From Thermodesulfobacteriota bacterium (lineage in GTDB: Bacteria > Desulfobacterota_D > UBA1144 > Nemesobacterales > N074bin48), in contig JBFFSH010000035.1 of the NCBI GenBank assembly GCA_041572575.1, forward strand, positions 1-25,507: a DNA stretch of 25,507 nt, given 5' to 3'. The notes under the pieces were generated by a model. It was not told where the DNA came from. It was given only the letters and a program-made list of their open reading frames with translations, and did not search any database. Shown here one piece after another: positions 9,673-18,544 of this stretch. Position 1 is the first letter of the stretch; each line of letters opens with the position of its first letter. Made by a program: the position numbers and the translations under genes.

Positions 9673-10341
9673 TTAGACCGCCTTCTTTTTATATTCGAAA
9701 TACTGGTGTTTGAGTATATCTACAGAGCTTTGCTCAAGACCTAGCCTTTCTATATCTTTATCGAAATTTATGGCCGTTCCGTATCCGTTAATATAACCGT
9801 TTACCCTGGCTGAAGCTGTAGAATCTACAAACTGCTGCATGTTTGTAAAGATTTTTTTAAAGTCGGCAAGCAGAGCAGTGTGGTTTTGCAGATGGTATTT
9901 TTGATGATAATTCTCAGCTTGGTAGAATCTTTCATAAGGGATGATCTCGGTTGTGATTTGCTCCTTAAGCTCTTTTTCTAACTTCTGTTTAGAATTTAAT
10001 ATAATCTTTTTTTGCTTTTCATTATGAAAGAATATGGCCTTTGCATACTGGCGTTTCCAAAATGGAGAAATAGGGTTGTGGTTTTTCCAGAATACTGAAA
10101 CAATCTCTTCAAAACTCAATTTATCTAAATCAAAATCAATTTCTAAGGATTCTATATGATCGCCAATATTATGGTAAGTCGGGTCTGGCATTGTACCGCC
10201 TGCGTATCCAACTCTTGTTCTTATCACCCCGTCCATTGCCCCAAACTGCCCGTCAGGGCCCCAGAAGCAGCCTAAACAGAATGTAGCTGTTTCTACTCTT
10301 TCATGTTTTTCTAAATCTATTGGTGGTAGTGAGCTAGTCAA
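9673..10341 (-). CDS. msrA: Peptide-methionine (S)-S-oxide reductase
   Basis: GCFWG active site, TRVGYAGG and FYQAENYHQKY. TTG start with a GGAAGGA RBS. Confidence 0.92.
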   Translation of the reverse strand: MTSSLPPIDLEKHERVETATFCLGCFWGPDGQFGAMDGVIRTRVGYAGGTMPDPTYHNIGDHIESLEIDFDLDKLSFEEIVSVFWKNHNPISPFWKRQYAKAIFFHNEKQKKIILNSKQKLEKELKEQITTEIIPYERFYQAENYHQKYHLQNHTALLADFKKIFTNMQQFVDSTASARVNGYINGYGTAINFDKDIERLGLEQSSVDILKHQYFEYKKKAV

Positions 10342-10424
10342 TCTTTCCTTCCAGGTTAATTCAAAGAGTATACAATCTAAAAAGTATGAGACAATTTATA
10401 ATTATTTAGATGCTCAGATTCTGT

Positions 10425-10808
10425 CTAGTCTTTGGACAGTTGCTCAAGTTTGGTGGCATTCTGCTCCCAATTCTGCCCATCAAATTTTTCTATCTCGATC
10501 TTTTTAAATCCGCACTGATCAAGACATCTGAGATTAATGCTGTACCCATCGGGGTTTGATCTCGGCGTGTAAAAGGCTTTCACTCCGCATGTTTTACAGA
10601 ATGTGTGCTTTGCAACTCGAGTGTTAAATGTATAAGTGGTGAGATTATCACCACCCTTTAACAGCTTGAAACGGGATTTGGGGACTATTAAATGCAAAAA
10701 TCCTGTCATTGAACACATAGAACAGTTACACTCCTGAACTACAATATTTTCAGGAGCTTCGATTTCAAACTCAACAGCTTTGCAGTGGCAGGATCCTTTA
10801 TGGGTCAT
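10425..10808 (-). CDS. GFA/CENP-V family zinc protein
   Basis: Motifs GSCHCKAV, CNCSMC, HTFCKTCG and FDGQNWE. Start placed at ATG 10808. Confidence 0.9.
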   Translation of the reverse strand: MTHKGSCHCKAVEFEIEAPENIVVQECNCSMCSMTGFLHLIVPKSRFKLLKGGDNLTTYTFNTRVAKHTFCKTCGVKAFYTPRSNPDGYSINLRCLDQCGFKKIEIEKFDGQNWEQNATKLEQLSKD

Positions 10809-10816
10809 TAGCAATA

Positions 10817-10838
10817 TATTATAACAAATGTTATAATA
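10817..10838. promoter_or_regulatory. Perfect 10-bp inverted repeat: TA operator and overlapping bidirectional extended -10 promoters
   Basis: TATTATAACA-AA-TGTTATAATA. Each strand reads TGnTATAAT. It lies in the 35-nt gap between the divergent GFA and antitoxin genes. Confidence 0.75.
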
Positions 10839-10843
10839 AAATC

Positions 10844-11068
10844 ATGCATAAATTAAAAATCACAACTGTAGGAAGCTCTGCAGGAGTAGTTTTACCAAAA
10901 GATGTGTTATCTCGTATGAAAGCACAGAAGGGTGATACTCTTTTCCTGATAGAAACTAAGGATGGATATACTCTGACTACCTATGATCCTGAATTTATAA
11001 CCCAGCTGGAATCTGCGGAGAAAGTAATGAAAAAGTACCGGAATGCACTCAAAGAACTTGCTAAATGA
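10844..11068 (+). CDS. AbrB/MazE/SpoVT-family antitoxin
   Basis: KITTVGSSAGVVLPK..GDTL AbrB motif and the C-terminal YRNALKELAK typical of Doc-associated antidotes. ATGA overlap with the toxin gene. Confidence 0.9.
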   Translation: MHKLKITTVGSSAGVVLPKDVLSRMKAQKGDTLFLIETKDGYTLTTYDPEFITQLESAEKVMKKYRNALKELAK

Positions 11069-11466
11069 CAAGAAAACCTGATATAAAATGGGTACTTAAA
11101 GAAACAGTCATCTCTATACACGATATGCTAATTTCTGAACATGGAGGTTCGTCTGGAATCCGTGATGAAGGTCTATTAGATTCTGCTTTAGCCAGACCTA
11201 AAAATGTTTACAATTACAATGAAGGTTCATCAATATTCGAACAAGCTGCTTCACTGGGTTATTCACTAATCAAGAATCATCCATTTGTAGATGGGAACAA
11301 AAGGATCGCTTTGACAATCACTGCGGTATTTCTTGATTTGAATGTATGGGAGCTCAATGCATCAGAGGCAGAAGCTGTATTGATATTTACTGATCTTGCT
11401 GCGGGTAGTCTAGATGAAAGGGAATTTTCCTTATGGCTGGATGACAATTGCATTAAGAATACCTAA
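11065..11466 (+). CDS. doc: Death-on-curing (Doc/Fic) family toxin
   Basis: GIRDEGLLDSALARP and the Doc signature HPFVDGNKR. Confidence 0.93.
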   Translation: MTRKPDIKWVLKETVISIHDMLISEHGGSSGIRDEGLLDSALARPKNVYNYNEGSSIFEQAASLGYSLIKNHPFVDGNKRIALTITAVFLDLNVWELNASEAEAVLIFTDLAAGSLDEREFSLWLDDNCIKNT

Positions 11467-12283
11467 TTGATATATTCATTATTGAGTTGGCTTCTTGATC
11501 TTTACCTCTTTTCTCCAACCCCGAAATATATATCTTACACTTTTTTATCAATTCTTCCCTAGTTTTTTCATACTGCTCATCATTCAATACACCACTTTGC
11601 AGAATTTTATCCAAAGCAGCGATTCTGTACTTATCAAGACTGTGCTGAGAAGAAAGCTGATCTGGCCTGCCGCCGTGTTTGATTGTTAGTGGTTCAGGGA
11701 TGAGCTTAACCTGGTATTTATATGTTGCCCTAAGCCACAGGTCATAATCCTCACATGCCGGCAGTGATTGATCAAACATTCCTATTTCATCGAATAAATC
11801 TCTTTTAACAACCGCAGTGGACATACCAATACAGCATAATGGCAAAGCGTAAGGATAAACATATCCATCAGGTTTTTTATGCTTTATCTTCTGATTAAGC
11901 AAATTGCCATTTCTATACCAGACTTCATTTGAATGAAATATTTTTATATCGGGGAATCTATTAATGTATTCAGCAGTTCTTTCTAATTTTGTATTAACCC
12001 ACGTATCATCTGAATCAAGAAAGGATAAATACTCGCCCTTAGATTCTTTTATACCTTTGTTCCTTGCCGAAGACACGCCTCTATTTTCCTGATAAAAATA
12101 TTTGATTCTTTTATCCGTATATTCCTTAATTAATTTATCTGTACCATCAACAGAGCCGTCATCTACTATTATTAACTCGAAATCCTCATATGTCTGATTA
12201 AGCACGGAGTCTACTGCGGTTTTGATAAATACCTTTCTATTAAAAGTTGGTATAATAATAGTGAATAGTGGAGCAACAGTCAT
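11453..12283 (-). CDS. Glycosyltransferase family 2
   Basis: Motifs IIIPTFNR, VDDGSVD, GVSSARN, FLDSDD and CEDYDLWLR. Convergent 14-nt overlap with doc. Confidence 0.93.
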   Translation of the reverse strand: MTVAPLFTIIIPTFNRKVFIKTAVDSVLNQTYEDFELIIVDDGSVDGTDKLIKEYTDKRIKYFYQENRGVSSARNKGIKESKGEYLSFLDSDDTWVNTKLERTAEYINRFPDIKIFHSNEVWYRNGNLLNQKIKHKKPDGYVYPYALPLCCIGMSTAVVKRDLFDEIGMFDQSLPACEDYDLWLRATYKYQVKLIPEPLTIKHGGRPDQLSSQHSLDKYRIAALDKILQSGVLNDEQYEKTREELIKKCKIYISGLEKRGKDQEANSIMNISIRYS

Positions 12284-12391
12284 AAGTTTAATTTGTTTAT
12301 ATCAGAATTTAATAAAATGTATTATATTTAATAGTGATAGAAAACATAATTAACATAAAATCAGGATTGATATATAGGGGGGGACTCTTTT

Positions 12392-12904
12392 ATGAGACAT
12401 AAAATTTGCTTAATGCTCGTGATTACATTTTTATGTGGATACACTTTGGTTATAGCTGAATTAAAAGAGCTTAAAAGTTATTCTTTAAACGGCTCTGATA
12501 ATATAATTACAAAAACCGGAGTTGAATTTGACAGTGCCGTGTCCAGCGACGGGAATGGCTCTTATAGAATAAATGTTGAAACACCAACAATTATAAAGTT
12601 GTTTGAGACCGGAGATATAGATATAGAAAAAGCAAAATTGATTTATAGAGCAGATATAAAAACAGATAATGTGGCTGGTAGTGTATATTTGCTTATGTGG
12701 TGTGTATTTAATGATAAGGGGGAGTATTTTTCAAGGGCATTGCATGATCCCCTAACAGGTACTACAGACTGGAAAGTACAGCAAACCCCATTCTTTCTTC
12801 AAGATGGAGAAAATCCTGACAATATAAAGTTGAACCTGGTGATAAACGGGAAGGGCACGGTCTGGATTGATAATATAAAACTTCTCAAGGCTCCAATAAA
12901 TTAG
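12392..12904 (+). CDS. Secreted hypothetical protein, probable galactose-binding-like/CBM beta-sandwich
   Basis: Signal peptide, beta-rich pattern, LTGTTDWK and GKGTVWIDNIKL seen in CBM-like domains. G-rich RBS. Confidence 0.65.
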   Translation: MRHKICLMLVITFLCGYTLVIAELKELKSYSLNGSDNIITKTGVEFDSAVSSDGNGSYRINVETPTIIKLFETGDIDIEKAKLIYRADIKTDNVAGSVYLLMWCVFNDKGEYFSRALHDPLTGTTDWKVQQTPFFLQDGENPDNIKLNLVINGKGTVWIDNIKLLKAPIN

Positions 12905-12919
12905 ATATAAAACACAACT

Positions 12920-13498
12920 ATGCGAATAGTTAATATGCTTATTATCATGTTGCTCCTTTCACAGTTTGCAATGGCAGAAATCTATAAATGCATAGATGCT
13001 TCCGGTAAAACGTCTTACAGCAATCTTCCATGCCCTGAGGGCGCTAGTAAAAAACAGATCGAACCATCAGGCAACGATACCAATGTGTCTTATGAAAGCT
13101 ATGATGAAGATATAGAATATCAGCAGGAGATTGAAGAAGTAGTAACTGCACCCGCACAAAATTCACAAAGCATACTGCATATAAGCGATGGAGAGAGGGT
13201 ACAGCTACAAAATTATATTGAGTATGGGAAATACACGGCTTTTATGTTCTATGCCCCATGGTGCCCGTCATGCAGAAAGGCAAGGCCTCAGGTTCAGGCG
13301 TCGGCAAATACACATGCTAACCTGGTTTTAAGAGAGATAAATATTGTAGACTGGAAAAGCCCTGTTAAGGATCAGTATAATATAAAGGCAATACCTTATT
13401 TTAAGCTGTATGATTCCAGGGGAGTCCTTGTCTCTGAAGGAACAAGCTCTTCTTCTGATACTTATAAATATTTACTAAACCCTGACCTTCTTAAATAA
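12920..13498 (+). CDS. Secreted DUF4124 + thioredoxin-domain protein
   Basis: Signal peptide, AEIYKCIDASGKTSYSNLPCP, FYAPWCPSC and cis-Pro IPYF. Confidence 0.85.
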   Translation: MRIVNMLIIMLLLSQFAMAEIYKCIDASGKTSYSNLPCPEGASKKQIEPSGNDTNVSYESYDEDIEYQQEIEEVVTAPAQNSQSILHISDGERVQLQNYIEYGKYTAFMFYAPWCPSCRKARPQVQASANTHANLVLREINIVDWKSPVKDQYNIKAIPYFKLYDSRGVLVSEGTSSSSDTYKYLLNPDLLK

Positions 13499-13614
13499 CT
13501 TTTTTCTGTTCACCAAAACTTTATTAGCTTTCCTAATATTTCTATAAATTGTACGAATCTTTTTGTTTAGTCACTTGTCTAAATATGTAAATAACAATTT
13601 GATGGGACAGATAA

Positions 13615-13881
13615 ATGACCAGGATAATGAATAAATTAGTAATTTTAACACTACTGTTTATAGGACTCGGTTTCTCAGCTTCGGCAAGTGCGCAGACTAG
13701 TGTTTTTGGAGTCGATATAGAAAATAGAAATATGAATGCTTGCATAAACATCAAGGATGATAATGCTAAAATACGGGATGATAAATTTTGCTTAAAAGAA
13801 GACACAAATGCACCAATAGACGGAATAAAGATAGATAAAAGAATAGATAACACGGTCATAAAGGAATTTTATGCCGTCTGA
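13615..13881 (+). CDS. Small secreted hypothetical protein
   Basis: Sec signal peptide (NKLVILTLLFIGLGFSASASA-Q) and two Cys. Alternative start at ATG 13627. Confidence 0.65.
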   Translation: MTRIMNKLVILTLLFIGLGFSASASAQTSVFGVDIENRNMNACINIKDDNAKIRDDKFCLKEDTNAPIDGIKIDKRIDNTVIKEFYAV

Positions 13882-13933
13882 AATAATTTAAATGACTAAC
13901 ATTATATGCCACTTAACCCCACCATCTCCCAGA

Positions 13934-13961
13934 TGAAGCCTTGTCTTCGGATGAGGCTTCA
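13934..13961 (+). other. 12-bp stem hairpin with a cUUCGg tetraloop (possible terminator or 3' stabiliser)
   Basis: TGAAGCCTTGTC-TTCG-GATGAGGCTTCA, with two G-U pairs. No U-tract follows. Confidence 0.55.
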
Positions 13962-14053
13962 CCAACCCTCCTAAATTTTTACAGCAAGCATATCATTTGT
14001 ACTCTGAAAAAATTTCAGTAACTTATGGTCTCAATTTGAGGTGGTATGAAAAA

Positions 14054-14710
14054 ATGATTAAAGCCGTGATTTTTGATATGGACGGGGTGATGATAGACAG
14101 CGAGCCACTGTGGGAAAAGACCGAGAAGATAATGATGGCTAATAGAGGTCTTGTCTATACACCCGTGTACAGAGAAAAGATTGTAGGACTCGGGCAGAAA
14201 GATTCTGCAATTTTACTAAAAGATACGTTTGGTTTGGAGGATGAGACTGAAGAAATTATTAACAGCCGGATTTCAATTCTGCTGGATATCTATGATGAAG
14301 AACTGGAGCTTGTAAGCGGGTTGGAATCACTGCTGGAGTCACTTTCCGACAGCCCATTAAAAGTCGCCCTTGCATCAAGCTCACCCATAAGGGTTATAAA
14401 CTTTGTACTCGATAAATTTGAACTAGGTAAATATTTCGATCCGGTCGTATCAGGGGATATGGTAGAAAATGGAAAACCTAATCCGGATATTTATTTGCAC
14501 ACTGCCGGTTTAATGGGTCTAAACCCAACTGAATGTGTAGTCATTGAAGACTCAATTAACGGGGTTGTTTCTGCTAAAGCTGCTGATATGAATTGTATTG
14601 CAGTACCTGATAAAAGACTCGATCCTTCCGGGTTTAAAAAAGCAGATGTAATTATGGATGAATTGGAAATGGTTAAACTTGAAGCGTTAATGAATTTTAG
14701 AAGTTCATAA
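14054..14710 (+). CDS. HAD-superfamily phosphatase (beta-PGM/CbbY-like)
   Basis: Motifs IFDMDGVMIDSE, LASSS, KPNPDIY and VIEDSING. ATG 14054 has GAGGTG 10 nt upstream. Confidence 0.93.
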   Translation: MIKAVIFDMDGVMIDSEPLWEKTEKIMMANRGLVYTPVYREKIVGLGQKDSAILLKDTFGLEDETEEIINSRISILLDIYDEELELVSGLESLLESLSDSPLKVALASSSPIRVINFVLDKFELGKYFDPVVSGDMVENGKPNPDIYLHTAGLMGLNPTECVVIEDSINGVVSAKAADMNCIAVPDKRLDPSGFKKADVIMDELEMVKLEALMNFRSS

Positions 14711-14712
14711 GG

Positions 14713-16764
14713 CTAGATCAGGCTCTTTATCTCTGACTGCAGTTTATAGAGGTTTGAATATAACCCATTTGTAGTTATGAGCTCTCTATGTGCGCCTTCT
14801 TCGAGTATCTCACCGTTATGTATAACTATGATCCTGTTAGCATCTTTTACATTTGATAACCTGTGAGCGATTATGAGTGTGGTTTTTTTGCCATGGGCTT
14901 CTCTTATCTCTTTTTGAATGGTTTGTTCGAGAGTTGCGTCCACATGTGAAGTTGCTTCATCCAGGATGAGGAAACTGGCTTTTTTAGAAAATGCCTTTTC
15001 GAGCGAGACCAGCTGCTTTTCTCCAGATGATATGTTGTGGCCGTTTGTATTTGTTGTTACAGGATAAATTCCTTTTGGCACAGAAGCTGCCGGGCCTGCT
15101 ACATCGTCTATGCTTTCGCTATGGCCCATTAAAAAAGTGTCCTGGAATACTGAAGATATATTCTCTCTTAAGTATTTGGGATCGAAATTGCTAATATCCA
15201 TGTCGTCTATAAGTATTTCTCCCTTTGTTATCTCATAAAATTTAAGAAGTAGATTCACTATGGTCGTTTTACCCGAGCCTGTAAGCCCCACAAGCGCTAC
15301 GGTCTCTCCGGGCTCAATTTTAAATGAAATATCTCTTAGCACCCAGTTGTCCCCGTCATAGGCAAACCAGACATTTTTGAATTCAACTTTTCCTCTAAAA
15401 TCTTTTTCAGAGTTTTCTGAAATTCTCTGTTCAGGTTTTTCGTTTATTAACTCATACAGATTTTCAGATGCGGCAGCAGCGGACTGAAAAATGTTGTATC
15501 TTTCGGCAAGTTCCTGAATCGGCCGGAAAAGCATCCTAACATAATATAAAAATGCTATTAGCGCACCAAGGGATAAGTTTAAGGATATTACATTTCTTCC
15601 TCCGTACCAGAGTATAAGGCCCACGGAGAAAACGCTTATGAATTCAATCACCGGCCTAAATGTGGCAAAGGCAAAAAGCTGATCCATATTGGCCCTGAAG
15701 TTCTCATTATTTACTTTTTTAAATCTGTCAAGGTTACTGTTCTGGCGGTTGTATAGTTTTATAAGTACTATCCCCTGTATGCTTTCCTGCACATATGCGT
15801 TTAGCTTTGCAATCGAAATTCGCACCTTCCTGTATACATTTTTAAGTCTCATCCGAAATCTTACGGCTACATATGCCACGATTAGTGTAAATAAAAACAT
15901 TATTGCCGTAAGCTCTTTATTTAGAAAAAACATCACAACCAGGATTCCGGTTATTACAAGTAAGTCCTTACAGAACTGAACCAGGACAGAGGTGTACATC
16001 TCATTAATGGAGTTCACATCATTTGTGACCCGTGTCGTAAGCCTTCCAACTGGGTTTCTATCAAAAAAGGGCTGCGGCAGGGATAGAATGTGTGAGAAAA
16101 CCGATGTCCTTATTGAGTGCATTATCTTGTGGCCTGAAAAATTTAAGAGGTATGTAAAACCGGTAGTGAATGCGAAGATCAAAAACATGCATCCAAGAAT
16201 TGCAGCAGACAGGATAATCACATTTTTTACATCATTTTTTCTTAAAAACAGCAGGTCGCCATGGCTTAAACTTCTAATAGAATTAGAGTTTCCATAATAA
16301 ACATTTGCTGCACTATGAAAAATCTTTTTGTTTTTGCTTAAAATTATGCCGAGTCTTTTTTGCTGAGACTTATCAAAAGCAGCCGGATCTATTACTATAA
16401 ACCTGTTTTTGCTAATAGCCTGGGATTTTTCAAGATTCGTTTTTTCTATCCTGCTTAAATTCTTTAAGTTAATGAGTGAAGATTTATTGTCTAATTCTAT
16501 AACCGTGCTCTTATATTTTTTAGTTATATTAGTAAATATTTTCTCATCTGCAGAAGTTCTATAAATCTTTGCCCATGAAGGGGTTATATAGTTATCGACG
16601 GCGATTTTGGCTAAATACGGTATTGCAAGCTCCAGAAGTGCTGCAAAGATCATGAGTACAAATGAGATGGTCATAAAAACCCTGTATGGTCTTGCAAAAT
16701 GGAAGAGCCACTTTAATATCTTTATGTCATATGTCTTTTTTTCAGTATTTTTCACTTGAGTCAT
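14713..16764 (-). CDS. Heterodimeric ABC exporter subunit (MdlB/BmrD-like, TMD+NBD, extracytoplasmic insertion)
   Basis: Walker A GLTGSGKT, Walker B LILDEATS, H-switch IAHRLS and degenerate signature ISSGEKQ. About 120-aa insertion after TM1. Confidence 0.92.
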   Translation of the reverse strand: MTQVKNTEKKTYDIKILKWLFHFARPYRVFMTISFVLMIFAALLELAIPYLAKIAVDNYITPSWAKIYRTSADEKIFTNITKKYKSTVIELDNKSSLINLKNLSRIEKTNLEKSQAISKNRFIVIDPAAFDKSQQKRLGIILSKNKKIFHSAANVYYGNSNSIRSLSHGDLLFLRKNDVKNVIILSAAILGCMFLIFAFTTGFTYLLNFSGHKIMHSIRTSVFSHILSLPQPFFDRNPVGRLTTRVTNDVNSINEMYTSVLVQFCKDLLVITGILVVMFFLNKELTAIMFLFTLIVAYVAVRFRMRLKNVYRKVRISIAKLNAYVQESIQGIVLIKLYNRQNSNLDRFKKVNNENFRANMDQLFAFATFRPVIEFISVFSVGLILWYGGRNVISLNLSLGALIAFLYYVRMLFRPIQELAERYNIFQSAAAASENLYELINEKPEQRISENSEKDFRGKVEFKNVWFAYDGDNWVLRDISFKIEPGETVALVGLTGSGKTTIVNLLLKFYEITKGEILIDDMDISNFDPKYLRENISSVFQDTFLMGHSESIDDVAGPAASVPKGIYPVTTNTNGHNISSGEKQLVSLEKAFSKKASFLILDEATSHVDATLEQTIQKEIREAHGKKTTLIIAHRLSNVKDANRIIVIHNGEILEEGAHRELITTNGLYSNLYKLQSEIKSLI

Positions 16765-16769
16765 AGCAG

Positions 16770-18497
16770 TTATTTTATTGTCTGAATATTATAAAGACTT
16801 GCATATATGGCTTCATTTGCCATAAGTTCATTATGGCTTCCCTTTTCAATTAGCCTTCCGCTCTCAAATACGGCAATCTGATTAAAACCGCTTATTGAAG
16901 GCACCCTGCTCGAGACTGCAATAAGCGTTTTCCCCCTCATATCATCTACAATATTTTGCAGCGCAAGTTTTTCAGTCCTAAGGTCCAATGAGCTTAGAAC
17001 ATCGTCCAATATCAATATTTCGGGTTTAAAAAGTATTGCCCGCGCAAGCGCTATTCTCTGCCTCTGCCCGCCTGAAAGGCTAAGTCCCCTCTCGCCTACT
17101 CTTGTTTCGAAGCCGTCTGGAAAACTGGTGATATCATCATAAATCTCAGCAATTTTGGTTACCCGTTCAATTTCAGCCTGGCTGATATCGGGTTTCATAA
17201 AAGTGATATTGTCTCTTACGGTTCCGCTAAATACAGTTGTTTCCTGAGGGATATAGATAATCTGCCTTCTTAGGCTGTTTTTACTGATGCCTGAAAGATC
17301 ATTTCCATTTATGAATATGCTTTGCTCAGGCACACGGGGGATTTTCATTATAAGTTCAATGAGAGTGGTTTTGCCGGATGCCGTCCTTCCCGTTATTCCA
17401 AATGTAGACCCTTTGGGTATTACAAGATTTAACCCGTCCAGAGCTTTTTTGCCATTATAGGAAAAGCTTAGATTTTTGAATTCTATATCTCCGTTTAATT
17501 GAAAATCTTTCAATCCCTCTACTTTTTCAGGTGTGGGCTTAACCGCAAAAACTTCGTTTATCCTGTTTAGAGATGCAGTTGCTCTTTTTATGAGATCGTA
17601 TGCCCAGGCAAGAGCCATCATGGGCCACGAGAGCATGGTCAGATAAACCAGCATTGCTGCAAAATTACCAAGGGTAATATCAAAGGTGATGGTTTTTATT
17701 CCTCCAAGCCATATGAAAACCACGATTGCTATACCTGCGATAAGTGTTATAAGAGGCTGGAAAAAGGCCCAAATTTTTATTAGTTTTAAATTTTTATCTA
17801 GATAGTCACTGCTGGAAGCCTCAAACTTCTTCTTTTCATCATCCTCTGCAACGTATGCCTTTATTACCTTAATCGCCGAGACTGCTCCGCGCGCAGATTC
17901 TGTAAGTTGCGAAAATGAGTTTTGTATTTTAGTAAAACCTGTTTCAATAAACCTTCCAAACCTATAGATGATAAGACCAAGAATTGGGAAGGGAATAAAG
18001 GCGTAGAGAGTAAGCTCAGGTGAAATATAGAGCATCGCAATCATTATGAATATAAGAAGGAATATGCCGTCATAGGCTATTATCATCCCAAGCCCGCAAG
18101 CCATTCTGATGGTCTCAATATCATTTACGGTATGAGCCATGAGGTCACCTGTCTTTCTTTTATTAAAAAAATCAAAATCAAGGCTTTGAAGGTGGGAAAA
18201 GAACTCATTTCTTAACGACTGCTCTAACTTTCTCGATGCGCCCATAAGAAAATACCTCCACCCAAAACGAAACAGTGACATGAGGGCAGCCAGGATCAAA
18301 ATATAAACAGCATATTTATTAAGATCAGAATAGGTAGAATTCTCCTCAGTTAACGTATCAACCACTCTCTGAATAATAATAGGCACTGATAACTGACACA
18401 GATCTACCACAGTAAGTGCTATAAGGCCTGCAATTACAGAGTATTTGTATTTTAAAAGCAGAGTTGTAAGAGATTTTTTGTTGCTTGTTTCAGTCAT
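16770..18497 (-). CDS. Heterodimeric ABC exporter subunit (MdlA/BmrC-like, TMD+NBD)
   Basis: Walker A GRTASGKT, canonical LSGGQ and degenerate Walker B ILDDVLS. Start moved to ATG 18497 (MTETSNKK) to avoid overlap with the divergent gene. Confidence 0.92.
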   Translation of the reverse strand: MTETSNKKSLTTLLLKYKYSVIAGLIALTVVDLCQLSVPIIIQRVVDTLTEENSTYSDLNKYAVYILILAALMSLFRFGWRYFLMGASRKLEQSLRNEFFSHLQSLDFDFFNKRKTGDLMAHTVNDIETIRMACGLGMIIAYDGIFLLIFIMIAMLYISPELTLYAFIPFPILGLIIYRFGRFIETGFTKIQNSFSQLTESARGAVSAIKVIKAYVAEDDEKKKFEASSSDYLDKNLKLIKIWAFFQPLITLIAGIAIVVFIWLGGIKTITFDITLGNFAAMLVYLTMLSWPMMALAWAYDLIKRATASLNRINEVFAVKPTPEKVEGLKDFQLNGDIEFKNLSFSYNGKKALDGLNLVIPKGSTFGITGRTASGKTTLIELIMKIPRVPEQSIFINGNDLSGISKNSLRRQIIYIPQETTVFSGTVRDNITFMKPDISQAEIERVTKIAEIYDDITSFPDGFETRVGERGLSLSGGQRQRIALARAILFKPEILILDDVLSSLDLRTEKLALQNIVDDMRGKTLIAVSSRVPSISGFNQIAVFESGRLIEKGSHNELMANEAIYASLYNIQTIK

Positions 18498-18544
18498 TTT
18501 GCCAGGATAAAATTTATAAGCATTTAAGTATACCAGTCTATTCA

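Noticed and set aside
1096..9744. Short ORFs overlapping real genes (1096, 1509, 3764, 3952, 4785, 5265, 5658, 6855, 7106, 7238, 7319, 8022, 8773, 9408, 9562)
   Set aside because: They are antisense or alternate-frame shadows of well-supported genes and have no motifs.
10817..11466. TA module as part of a mobile element or prophage
   Set aside because: No integrase, transposase, terminal repeats or target-site duplication is visible nearby.
14046..14057. Mini-ORF ATG AAA AAA TGA overlapping the HAD start codon
   Set aside because: The SD (GAGGTG) is properly spaced for ATG 14054 and too close to ATG 14046, so it is probably chance.
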